In this document: positions 8,308 to 16,236 of the stretch, piece after piece
Layout: every line of letters starts with the position of its first letter
Position numbering within the stretch: the stretch's first letter is position 1
Source: Candidatus Acidiferrales bacterium
Lineage (GTDB): Bacteria > Acidobacteriota > Terriglobia > Acidiferrales > UBA7541
Direction: 5' to 3'
NCBI GenBank assembly: GCA_035622875.1
Contig: DASPUN010000016.1
Span: 26,706 to 90,705 of the forward strand
Length of the DNA: 64,000 nucleotides
Notes under the pieces: model-generated
Seen by the model: the letters and a program-made list of their open reading frames with translations, nothing else
Told to the model about the DNA's origin: nothing
Databases searched by the model: none
Position numbers and translations under genes: made by a program

Positions 8308-9717
8308 TTGATGACTCCCGCCGGGGAAACTGCGACGCGTGGGCAAGCGACTCTCATAGGTGCGCGGCTCGACCGTCTTCCGACTACGCGATACATCTGG
8401 AAAATCCTTCTGCTGCTTTCGCTGGGCGGCTGCTTCGAATTCTACGATCTGTTTTTGATGACCTACATCGGTCCCGGCTTAACCCGCAGCGGACTCTTCT
8501 CCAGCGGCTCGGCCTCCTTCTTCGGACTAAGCGGACTCGCAAGTTTCGTATCCGCGACATTCGCAGGGCTGTTCATAGGAACGTTGGCGTTCGGTTTTGC
8601 GGCCGATAGATTCGGTCGCCGGACGGTTTTCACCTATTCGCTGCTGTGGTACACCGCCGGCTCGATCGTGATGGCTTTCCGGCTCAGCGCACCCGGGATC
8701 CTGCTGTGGCGGCTGATCACAGGTGTCGGAATTGGCGTCGAGCTGGTGACGATCGACACATATATCGCGGAACTCATGCCCAAGGAGATTCGTGGCCGTG
8801 CGTTTACCGTCAACCAAGTCGTGCAGTTCAGCGCCATACCGGTTGTGGCGCTCATCTCTTGGATACTCGTTCCGCGCAGTCCATTCGGCGTCGATGGCTG
8901 GCGTTGCGTAGTGCTGATTGGTAGCGTCGCAGCAGTATTCGTGTGGCTCATTCGGCGGAGCCTTCCGGAGAGTCCCCGTTGGTTGATCGCTCGAGGCCGC
9001 CTGTCTGAAGCAGAGCGCACGGTTGCAGGAATCGAAAAGCGGGTGGCCGCGGAATTTGGCAACGAACTTCCCGCGATCGGGCCTGAAAACCCTTCAGGTC
9101 CGCCGACCTCCGTCAAGTTCGTTCAAATCTTCCGCCCGCCATATCTGGGACGGACGGTAATGCTCATGGTTTTTCATCTGGCTCAGACAATCGGTTACTA
9201 CGGCTTTGCTTCCTGGGTGCCCACATTACTCATCGCGGCAGGCACTCACACGACAGCCAGCCTCCAATACTCGTTTATCATCGCGGTATTCGCGCCTATC
9301 GGTCCGCTGTTGGTCTACGGCATTGCCGACAAGCTCGAGCGCAAATGGCAGATCGTATGGAGCGCGATCTGTATCGGAGGGTTTGGTCTGTTGTTCGCGC
9401 ACCAGAAGGAGCCTGCATGGCTCATCGTGCTGGGCGTACTTTTGACGTGCTCGAATAACTGGCTGTCTGTGGCGTTTCACACCTATCAGGCCGAGTTGTT
9501 TCCAACCCAGGTGCGGGCGCAAGCCGTTGGTTTCGTTTATTCGTGGAGCCGCTTCAGCGCGATCTTCACGAGCCTGATGATCAGCTTTTTTCTGCAGCAC
9601 TCCGGCGTGCGGGGCGTTTTTGCTTTCATCGCGGGTTCGATGTTACTCATCGTCTTTGTGATCGGCGCATTTGGTCCGCGGACGCGCGGTCTCGCGCTGG
9701 AATCGATCTCACATTGA
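8308..9717 (+). CDS. MFS transporter (sugar-porter-like)
   Basis: About 12 hydrophobic segments. Contains the MFS loop motif ADRFGRRTVF and the PESPRWL signature. ATG 8311 is an alternative start. Confidence 0.8.
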   Translation: MMTPAGETATRGQATLIGARLDRLPTTRYIWKILLLLSLGGCFEFYDLFLMTYIGPGLTRSGLFSSGSASFFGLSGLASFVSATFAGLFIGTLAFGFAADRFGRRTVFTYSLLWYTAGSIVMAFRLSAPGILLWRLITGVGIGVELVTIDTYIAELMPKEIRGRAFTVNQVVQFSAIPVVALISWILVPRSPFGVDGWRCVVLIGSVAAVFVWLIRRSLPESPRWLIARGRLSEAERTVAGIEKRVAAEFGNELPAIGPENPSGPPTSVKFVQIFRPPYLGRTVMLMVFHLAQTIGYYGFASWVPTLLIAAGTHTTASLQYSFIIAVFAPIGPLLVYGIADKLERKWQIVWSAICIGGFGLLFAHQKEPAWLIVLGVLLTCSNNWLSVAFHTYQAELFPTQVRAQAVGFVYSWSRFSAIFTSLMISFFLQHSGVRGVFAFIAGSMLLIVFVIGAFGPRTRGLALESISH

Positions 9718-9722
9718 GTGGA

Positions 9723-10121
9723 TTAGCTTTGGGCTTTCGATTTGTTCAGCCCCACGGCGGCGCGAATGAGAGCCTTCAACGCCTCCTCGTCTATCTTCTC
9801 GCCCTCATGGAAATCGATGGCGCGCCTTATGTTCCCCTCAAGACTGGAGTTGAAGAGGCGCGATGGATCCTTCAAAGCCGCACCTTTGGCGAAAGTCATC
9901 TTCACGACGTTCTTGTAAGTCTCGCCCGTGCAGATCATACCGTCGTGATACCACACCGGAACGCCTCTCCACTTCCACTCCTCGACGACTTCGGGATCGA
10001 CGTCCTTGATCAAGGTGCGGAGCCGGCTGAGCATCTTGCCCCGCCAGTCGCCCAACTTCTTGATTCTCGCGTCTATCAGCTGAGAAGGAGACTTGCCTTT
10101 CTGCGACCCGCTCTTCTTCAT
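9723..10121 (-). CDS. DUF1801 (YdhG-like) domain protein
   Basis: 132 aa. WKWRGVPVWYHDGMICTGETYKNVVKMTFAKGA follows the pattern of the YdhG/DUF1801 family. Confidence 0.6.
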   Translation of the reverse strand: MKKSGSQKGKSPSQLIDARIKKLGDWRGKMLSRLRTLIKDVDPEVVEEWKWRGVPVWYHDGMICTGETYKNVVKMTFAKGAALKDPSRLFNSSLEGNIRRAIDFHEGEKIDEEALKALIRAAVGLNKSKAQS

Positions 10122-10142
10122 GCCCGCCTCTCCTCTTTCGAC

Positions 10143-10691
10143 TCAGGACTTTTGAGCCGCTTGAGGCGGCCACTTGGGCGTTTCGATACCGAACTGCTTG
10201 GCGTACTCCGCGTTCAGCCGCTGCCAGCCGGCGAACTTCATCGCATCGCCGCCGGCGATGCGGCCGATGGGAGTTCCACTGAGAAGTCGATCCAGAACAT
10301 CGAACGAAATGTGCCATCCGGCAGCACCCATTGAGATGAAGCGTCGATCGAGGCTGGTCCATAGCGTCAGGCGGGTGCCGCCACTAACGGCTTCGAGTTC
10401 CCACCGGGTATCGCCAAGCTCAAGCACCCTGGGAGCTTCGGCTCGTGTCACTCTTGTTTCGATCGCCGTGGGCGTTCCCGCCCACGTGAGCTTCACCGTT
10501 CCGACCGTACTCAGGCTCCCATCGACGTCAAAGGGCGCCCACTCGTGCAGATGTGCCGGGTCGGTTAGCGCCTGCCAGACTTTCTCCGGCGGGTGACGCA
10601 GTTGCCTCACGAGAATGAGCGTCCACTTCTCTCCGTCCTTTCGTATCTGGGCGTTGGCCGGACCCGGTGTGTACTGCTCGCGATCGCTCAT
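10143..10691 (-). CDS. SRPBCC family protein (AHSA1-like)
   Basis: 182 aa. ILVRQLRHPPEKVWQALTDPAHLHEWAPFD is typical of the Aha1/SRPBCC domain. Such genes commonly sit next to ArsR regulators. Confidence 0.7.
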   Translation of the reverse strand: MSDREQYTPGPANAQIRKDGEKWTLILVRQLRHPPEKVWQALTDPAHLHEWAPFDVDGSLSTVGTVKLTWAGTPTAIETRVTRAEAPRVLELGDTRWELEAVSGGTRLTLWTSLDRRFISMGAAGWHISFDVLDRLLSGTPIGRIAGGDAMKFAGWQRLNAEYAKQFGIETPKWPPQAAQKS

Positions 10692-10730
10692 GTTCTCCTC
10701 CTTGTTTTCCTCTTCGTTGGTGTTGCGCGT

Positions 10731-11120
10731 TCAGTCGGCGGCCTTGCGCACGATGGCGGAGAGCTTGGTTTCAGTCGCTTCGTCGAGCGTGGTGATGCGA
10801 TAAGCGGAGGCGACGAGCTGAAGCGGGACTCCTTCTTCGCGAGTAAGGATTGCGGGATCGTCGAAGCCGAATGTCATGAAATTGAATTTCGTGGCCGCGC
10901 GGAAAAAGCACCAACTCTTGCCGTCCTTCATGTACCAAGGCATGCCATAGCGAACCCTAGGTGTGAGTCCCGGCGCGTTCTTCATGATGATTTCATGGAG
11001 ACGCTTGCCTACGGTGCGGTAGGGCTCCGGCATCTGCGTGATCTTCGCAAGGACCGCGGCTTCACCATCGGGCTTGTCGGCGCGCGGGCGGGGGCGCGGG
11101 GCAGCCTTCTTCGCAGCCAT
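10731..11120 (-). CDS. DUF1801 domain protein
   Basis: 129 aa. RVRYGMPWYMKDGKSWCFFRAATKFNFMTFGF follows the YdhG-like pattern. Second paralogue in the same operon. Confidence 0.55.
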   Translation of the reverse strand: MAAKKAAPRPRPRADKPDGEAAVLAKITQMPEPYRTVGKRLHEIIMKNAPGLTPRVRYGMPWYMKDGKSWCFFRAATKFNFMTFGFDDPAILTREEGVPLQLVASAYRITTLDEATETKLSAIVRKAAD

Positions 11121-11123
11121 GAT

Positions 11124-11474
11124 CTATCTTCTCCTTGTCTTCCTTTTCGTTGGCGTTGACTGGTGCATGCGGTCGAGGTGGCGTTCGAGAGCGTCTACGT
11201 GAGCGGACCAGAACCGGCGGAACTGAGCCAGCCAGGCATCCACCTCCTGAAGTCGTTCTGGCTTCAGCCGGTAGAGACGCCGCTGTGCGTCCACCGTGGA
11301 TTCGACGAAACCGGCCTCGCGCAGCACTCGCAGGTGCTTTGACACGGTAGGCTGCGGCATACGAAGCTGACGCTCGATCTCTCCCACCGACTGTTGTGAC
11401 GACACCAGGAGGCTCAAGATCGCGCGGCGGTTCGGCTCCGCAATGATTTCGAACGCAGATTCCACGCTCTTCAC
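11124..11474 (-). CDS. ArsR/SmtB family transcriptional regulator
   Basis: FEIIAEPNRRAILSLL...SVGEIERQLRMPQPTVSKHLRVLREAGFV winged HTH. GTG 11474 is preferred because the longer frame (to 11528) would cover an upstream palindrome and give an atypical N-terminus. Confidence 0.8.
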   Translation of the reverse strand: MKSVESAFEIIAEPNRRAILSLLVSSQQSVGEIERQLRMPQPTVSKHLRVLREAGFVESTVDAQRRLYRLKPERLQEVDAWLAQFRRFWSAHVDALERHLDRMHQSTPTKRKTRRR

Positions 11475-11487
11475 ATACCCCAGAGAG

Positions 11488-11509
11488 TATATGCGTGTCA
11501 AGGCATATA
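11488..11509. promoter_or_regulatory. inverted repeat TATATGC-N8-GCATATA, candidate ArsR operator
   Basis: Perfect 7-bp arms, 14-35 nt upstream of the preferred GTG start of the ArsR gene. Confidence 0.3.
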
Positions 11510-11611
11510 AAGGCAGGGGCCCAAGCAACAGTGAGTACGCCTGCGGCGCCTCGCTCTCGGATCGATATCACGTTGATACTGCTTCTAAGGAAAGGATTGC
11601 TTGCGAGGATT

Positions 11612-11686
11612 TGGTAGCGCTAACGGGAATCGAACCCGTATTTCGGCCTTGAAAGGGCCGCGTGCTAACCGTTGCACCATAGCGCC
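11612..11686 (-). tRNA. tRNA-Glu (anticodon UUC), CCA encoded
   Basis: Hand-folded cloverleaf: acceptor GGCGCTA/TAGCGCT, D arm GTGC-AACGGTTA-GCAC, anticodon arm CGGCC-CTTTCAA-GGCCG, T arm ACGGG-TTCGATT-CCCGT, then ACCA. Confidence 0.9.
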
Positions 11687-11715
11687 ACAGCGGAGCAAGA
11701 CAGCGGTGAGATTTG

Positions 11716-11744
11716 ATTATCGAAGAAAGCCGCTTGATTGACAA
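11716..11744 (-). promoter_or_regulatory. putative sigma70-type promoter for tRNA-Glu (TTGTCA-17 nt-GATAAT)
   Basis: Minus-strand hexamers at 11744..11739 and 11721..11716, about 30 nt upstream of the mature tRNA 5' end. Confidence 0.4.
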
Positions 11745-11918
11745 GCCGCGCTTCGGAGCCCCTGCGGACCTGTCCTTTGGTACACGCTAACCGATAGAAC
11801 GCAGCCGCCGGTATTACACAACTATTACAAAACACGCCGTCCGATACTGTTAGTCTGGAATTGCACTTCAAGAAGCGCTGAGCTTCGAAATAAGGCAATA
11901 AAAAGAGAACAGGCCCAC

Positions 11919-12824
11919 ATGACACTGAGCGATCTAGGAAAAGAGTCTGCCAAAGAGCAAGGAATCAACTGGTCCACCGCATTTTTCACCCTGATGTTTC
12001 ACGCAGGCGCCGTGGCGGCGCTTTTCTTCTTTACCTGGAAGGCATTTTTCGTGGGTGTTTTTCTGTACTGGGCGGCCGGCAGCCTCGGCATTGGCATGGG
12101 GTATCACCGTCTGCTCACTCATCGCGGCTACAAGACTCCCAAATGGGTGGAATATTTCCTGACGACTTGCGCGGTGCTTGCTCTGGAAGGCGGCCCGATT
12201 TTCTGGGTGGCCACACACCGGATTCATCATCAGTTTTCCGACAAGGAGGGCGACCCGCATTCCCCTCGCGACGGCAAATGGTGGGCCCACGTCGGCTGGA
12301 TTCTGATCGGCAAGTCCATGCATCACGATACCAAGACGCTCTCGCGCTACGTCCCCGATCTCGCCAAGGATAAGTTCCACGTCTGGATCACCAAGTATCA
12401 CTACGTTCCCATGATCGTGCTGGGCGCGATCCTCGCCCCGTTCGGCCTTTCGGTTTTCCTCTGGGGTGTGTTCTTCCGCACGGTGTTTGGACTGCACGCA
12501 ACTTGGCTGGTCAATTCGGCGACGCACCTTTGGGGCTCGCGCCGCTTTCAGACACGCGACGATTCGACGAATAGCTGGTGGGTGGCCCTTCTCTCGTTTG
12601 GCGAGGGCTGGCACAACAATCACCACGCTCATCCGGTCTCAGCGGCACACGGTTTCAAGTGGTATGAAGTCGACCTCAACTGGTACGGAATCTGGGTTCT
12701 CAGCAAGCTCGGACTTGCGCGCGATATCTACCGCTACAGGCTCTCGGAGAACAAGCAGCCGAGTGAGGTGGTTCCGGCTCCCGTTGCTGCGGCTCAGCCT
12801 GAGACCGAACTGATCTCGGCCTAG
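11919..12824 (+). CDS. acyl-CoA (delta-9-type) fatty acid desaturase
   Basis: Three histidine boxes (HRLLTHR, HRIHHQFSD, HNNHHA) and N-terminal TM helices. Confidence 0.85.
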   Translation: MTLSDLGKESAKEQGINWSTAFFTLMFHAGAVAALFFFTWKAFFVGVFLYWAAGSLGIGMGYHRLLTHRGYKTPKWVEYFLTTCAVLALEGGPIFWVATHRIHHQFSDKEGDPHSPRDGKWWAHVGWILIGKSMHHDTKTLSRYVPDLAKDKFHVWITKYHYVPMIVLGAILAPFGLSVFLWGVFFRTVFGLHATWLVNSATHLWGSRRFQTRDDSTNSWWVALLSFGEGWHNNHHAHPVSAAHGFKWYEVDLNWYGIWVLSKLGLARDIYRYRLSENKQPSEVVPAPVAAAQPETELISA

Positions 12825-12945
12825 GCACTGCCCGTCGCATCAGCAATCCGAACCTGAAGGTCTCGGCCCGGCGGCTTTTTCTCCTTCCGGGCCGCATCTC
12901 GCACCCACTCCCCGGCTTGCCGCTGTAGAATCATACGTAAGCCAC

Positions 12946-13848
12946 ATGAAGTTCTCAGGACGCCAAAAGACCATCGCCTTCTTCGTCGTACTGGGCGTCT
13001 GCCTGGGCGCGGCGGTCACGCTCAACGTCGGCTGGTTTATCTTGCACTGGCGCCAAGGCGTTTTGATGTTCTTCGGTTTCGTCGGATTTCTGGCCATCAT
13101 TGTCGGACTGATTCTCAACACGAGCTTCCTCGTGCGTGAGATTCGTCGCAACGAGCAACACCACAGTTTTATCAACGCTGTGACGCATGAACTAAAGACT
13201 CCGGTCACCTCGATTCGGCTGTACCTTGAAACGCTTCAGCGCCGCGATGTGGATGCGAAGCAGCGCCAGGAGTTCTACCGGCTGATGCTGGACGATGCCG
13301 ACCGCCTGCGCGCCACGGTCGATCAGGTGCTAAAGGCTGGAGAAGTCGGCTACAAACACATCGCCAAAGAACCGGCGGATGTGGATTTCGGTAGCCTCGT
13401 CCGCGACTGCATGGAATTGGCTCGCACGCGGCACAACCTGCCGCCGGACGCGGTGCACTGGCAGGGATCGCTCAACGGTTCCGCGATCAAAGTACAGGGC
13501 GATCCCGATGAGCTGCGCACGGCTATTGCCAATATCCTGGACAACGCCATCAAATATTCCGGCGCAAAAGTGGACGTCTCGGTCGAGATCGACATGCCTC
13601 GTAAGGACCGCGTCGCTCTGCGCGTTCGAGATTGCGGAGTCGGAATTCCGCGCCACGAACTGAAGCGCGTCTTCAAGCGCTTCTATCGAGTGTCAAACCG
13701 GTCCGTATCGCAAGTGAAGGGGACAGGGCTGGGATTGTTTATCGTGCGGGCGATCGCTCGCGCGCATGGTGGCCGCGTCTTCGCCGAGAGCGCGGGCGAG
13801 GCTCGCGGTACGACGGTCACGCTCGAACTTCCGGGGAGCGCAGCATGA
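12946..13848 (+). CDS. sensor histidine kinase with two closely spaced TM helices and no extracytoplasmic domain
   Basis: HisKA H-box AVTHELKTPVTSI. HATPase N/G boxes ILDNAIKYS and GTGLGLFIV. The first 65 aa are two TM helices joined by a very short loop. Confidence 0.85.
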   Translation: MKFSGRQKTIAFFVVLGVCLGAAVTLNVGWFILHWRQGVLMFFGFVGFLAIIVGLILNTSFLVREIRRNEQHHSFINAVTHELKTPVTSIRLYLETLQRRDVDAKQRQEFYRLMLDDADRLRATVDQVLKAGEVGYKHIAKEPADVDFGSLVRDCMELARTRHNLPPDAVHWQGSLNGSAIKVQGDPDELRTAIANILDNAIKYSGAKVDVSVEIDMPRKDRVALRVRDCGVGIPRHELKRVFKRFYRVSNRSVSQVKGTGLGLFIVRAIARAHGGRVFAESAGEARGTTVTLELPGSAA

Positions 13849-14603
13849 GCCGCGTTCTTATCGTTGAAGATGAAGCCCATCTTGCCGAGGGTCTGCGATT
13901 CAATTTGGAAGCGGAAGGGCATTCGGTGCAGCTAGCGGGCGACGGCGAGGGCGCGTTGGAACGTCTCGGCGAGGCGAAAAATAAGTTCGATGCCGTCGTG
14001 CTCGACGTCATGCTGCCTGGAATCGACGGCTTTGAGGTCGCCTCGACTCTGCGCAAGAATCGCAACTACGTGCCGATCCTCATGCTGACCGCGAGAGGCC
14101 GGCCCGAAGACGTCCTGGCCGGATTTGCGGCCGGCGCCGATGACTATCTCCCCAAGCCGTTCGAGCTTCCGATTTTTCTCGCAAGACTCCAGGGTCTGCT
14201 GCGGCGCAGCGCGTGGCTGGCCGGCGCGGATCATTCCTCTAGGACCACGGCTGCCAGTTCGCAAGCGGATATGGCCGGGGTGACGCCATCACCGAACAGC
14301 GACGACATATTCTCGTTCAACGGAAAGACGATCGACTTCGCTTCGCTAGAGCTTCGAACGGAAGACAGCAAGATTCAGCTCACCTTGATGGAAGCCAAGT
14401 TGCTGCGCCATTTGGTTCGCAATGCCGGGAAAACCGTACCTAGGAAGTTGATCTTGGAAGACGTCTGGGGCCTGCGAGAAGACACCGACACGCGCGCGAT
14501 CGATAACTTCATAGTTCGCTTACGACGCTATCTGGAGAAGAACCCCTCGAAGCCTGAGCACTTGCTGACCGTCCGTGGCGTAGGCTACCGATTCGTCGCC
14601 TAG
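13845..14603 (+). CDS. OmpR-family response regulator
   Basis: MSRVLIVEDEAHL...VVLDVMLPGIDGF receiver domain and a C-terminal winged helix (LLTVRGVGYRF). ATG 13845 overlaps the kinase stop as ATGA. The track extension to 13632 lies inside the kinase gene. Confidence 0.85.
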   Translation: MSRVLIVEDEAHLAEGLRFNLEAEGHSVQLAGDGEGALERLGEAKNKFDAVVLDVMLPGIDGFEVASTLRKNRNYVPILMLTARGRPEDVLAGFAAGADDYLPKPFELPIFLARLQGLLRRSAWLAGADHSSRTTAASSQADMAGVTPSPNSDDIFSFNGKTIDFASLELRTEDSKIQLTLMEAKLLRHLVRNAGKTVPRKLILEDVWGLREDTDTRAIDNFIVRLRRYLEKNPSKPEHLLTVRGVGYRFVA

Positions 14604-14687
14604 CGAGCGATCAACCACCGCGAAGTTCAACTGCGTGGCACTCACCGCGATTCAGCCTCTTCCATGAACCCGTCCAGACTTTGAGGC

Positions 14688-16229
14688 CTAAGGCGTGCTG
14701 GTCGCGACGGCCGAGGGCGAGGGCAATTGCGTTCGGGTCCAGCCGCCTCCCAGAGCCTCGATGAGCTGCACGCTCGAAGTGATTTGCTGGATCCGCAGAT
14801 TCACCAGGATTTGCTGGTTGCTCAGCACACTCGTTTGTGCCGTAATCACATTCAAATAGGGGTCGATTCCCAGGCGATAGCGATCCGTGGCGAGATCCAA
14901 ATACCTTTGCGAGGATTTAACGGCAACGTCTTGCTGCTGGATTTGCTGTGACAGGATTCGTAACGCCGCCAGGTTATCCTCCACCTGTTGAAAGGCTGTT
15001 AAGACGGTCTGCCGGTAGTTCGCCACCGTTTCATCGTATTGCGCGCGATATTGCTCGACAGTAGCTTTGCGCAGCCCGGCATCAAAGATTGTCTCCGCAA
15101 GACTTGGGCCGACAGACCAAAATCGGCTCGGCCAGCTGAACCAATCTGTAATCGAAGACGACTGAAACCCTCCCGAAGCGCTCAAGGTGAGAGTAGGAAA
15201 ATACGCCGCCCTCGCAATGCCGATCTGCGCGTTCGCCTGGGCAACGAGGCGCTCCGACGCCGCGATGTCCGGGCGCCTCTCGAGCAATTCGGAAGGCACG
15301 CCGAACGGAATCGGCGGGGGAGGCACGTCCAGCGGCCTGAACGGGATCGAGAAAGTGGATGCGGTCTGCCCGATCAGCGTTGCGACGGCGTGCTCGTATT
15401 GGGATCTGAGAATTCCAACGTTCGTGTCTTGCGCCTCTGTTGTCTCGAGCTGTGTTTCCGCTTGAGCGACGTCTTCGTCGCTTTCGATGCCCGTCTCGAA
15501 CAGCGCTTTCGTCAGGTTCAGCGACTCTTGGTACGCCTTCACCGTCGAATCGAGCAACTGCTTTAAGGCATCCTGAGAGCGAAGCTGAAAATAGTCGACC
15601 GCGACTTCCGCTTGGATGCTCAGCCGCGTGTTCGCCAGATCGGCGGCGCTCGCTTGCGCCGCATAGGCATTGGAGCGGACCGAGTTGCGTACCTTGCCCC
15701 AGAGGTCAGGCACCCACGTTGCGTCAAAGGGCAGCGAATAGTCCGTGAATGCACTGGTGTTGCCATTCGTCGTGCCTGTACCGCCCGTGCCTGTGCCCCC
15801 GGTACCCTGCCCGACGAACTGTTTCAAGTTTGCGGATTGTTGCTGGCGTGTGATCGACGGATCAGTAGTGACGGTGGGGAAAAGCTGTGAGCGCGCCTGC
15901 TTTACGATTGAGCGCGCAGCCAGAAAGCTCGCGGCCGAGGAAGCAATCGTCTGATTCGAGTTCTGTGCCTGTTCTTCCAACTGGTTCAACGCAGGATCGT
16001 TGAACGCTTCCCACCATTTTCCCCGGATTTGCGCGTCATTGGGCTGAGCTACCTTCCAGTTGTCGAAGTCCTTGGCGTTTTCAGGCGTGACTTCCTTGTA
16101 GGCGGCGGGTGCCTGCACGGTCGGCGAGTGATACTTCGGCCCGACATTGCAGCTTGTCGCACAAGCTAAGGCAGCGACCAACCCGCTCACAATGAGAAGG
16201 CGTCGCGAATTCCGGTCAAATCGACTCAT
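14688..16229 (-). CDS. RND efflux outer-membrane factor lipoprotein (NodT family)
   Basis: Signal peptide with lipobox (AALAC). Two OEP/TolC-like repeats. Last gene of the efflux operon. Confidence 0.85.
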   Translation of the reverse strand: MSRFDRNSRRLLIVSGLVAALACATSCNVGPKYHSPTVQAPAAYKEVTPENAKDFDNWKVAQPNDAQIRGKWWEAFNDPALNQLEEQAQNSNQTIASSAASFLAARSIVKQARSQLFPTVTTDPSITRQQQSANLKQFVGQGTGGTGTGGTGTTNGNTSAFTDYSLPFDATWVPDLWGKVRNSVRSNAYAAQASAADLANTRLSIQAEVAVDYFQLRSQDALKQLLDSTVKAYQESLNLTKALFETGIESDEDVAQAETQLETTEAQDTNVGILRSQYEHAVATLIGQTASTFSIPFRPLDVPPPPIPFGVPSELLERRPDIAASERLVAQANAQIGIARAAYFPTLTLSASGGFQSSSITDWFSWPSRFWSVGPSLAETIFDAGLRKATVEQYRAQYDETVANYRQTVLTAFQQVEDNLAALRILSQQIQQQDVAVKSSQRYLDLATDRYRLGIDPYLNVITAQTSVLSNQQILVNLRIQQITSSVQLIEALGGGWTRTQLPSPSAVATSTP

Positions 16230-16236
16230 CGCAAAT

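Noticed and set aside
13632-13844. Upstream extension of the response-regulator ORF
   Set aside because: It lies in an alternative frame inside the histidine kinase gene. ATG 13845 gives a canonical receiver N-terminus and an ATGA overlap.
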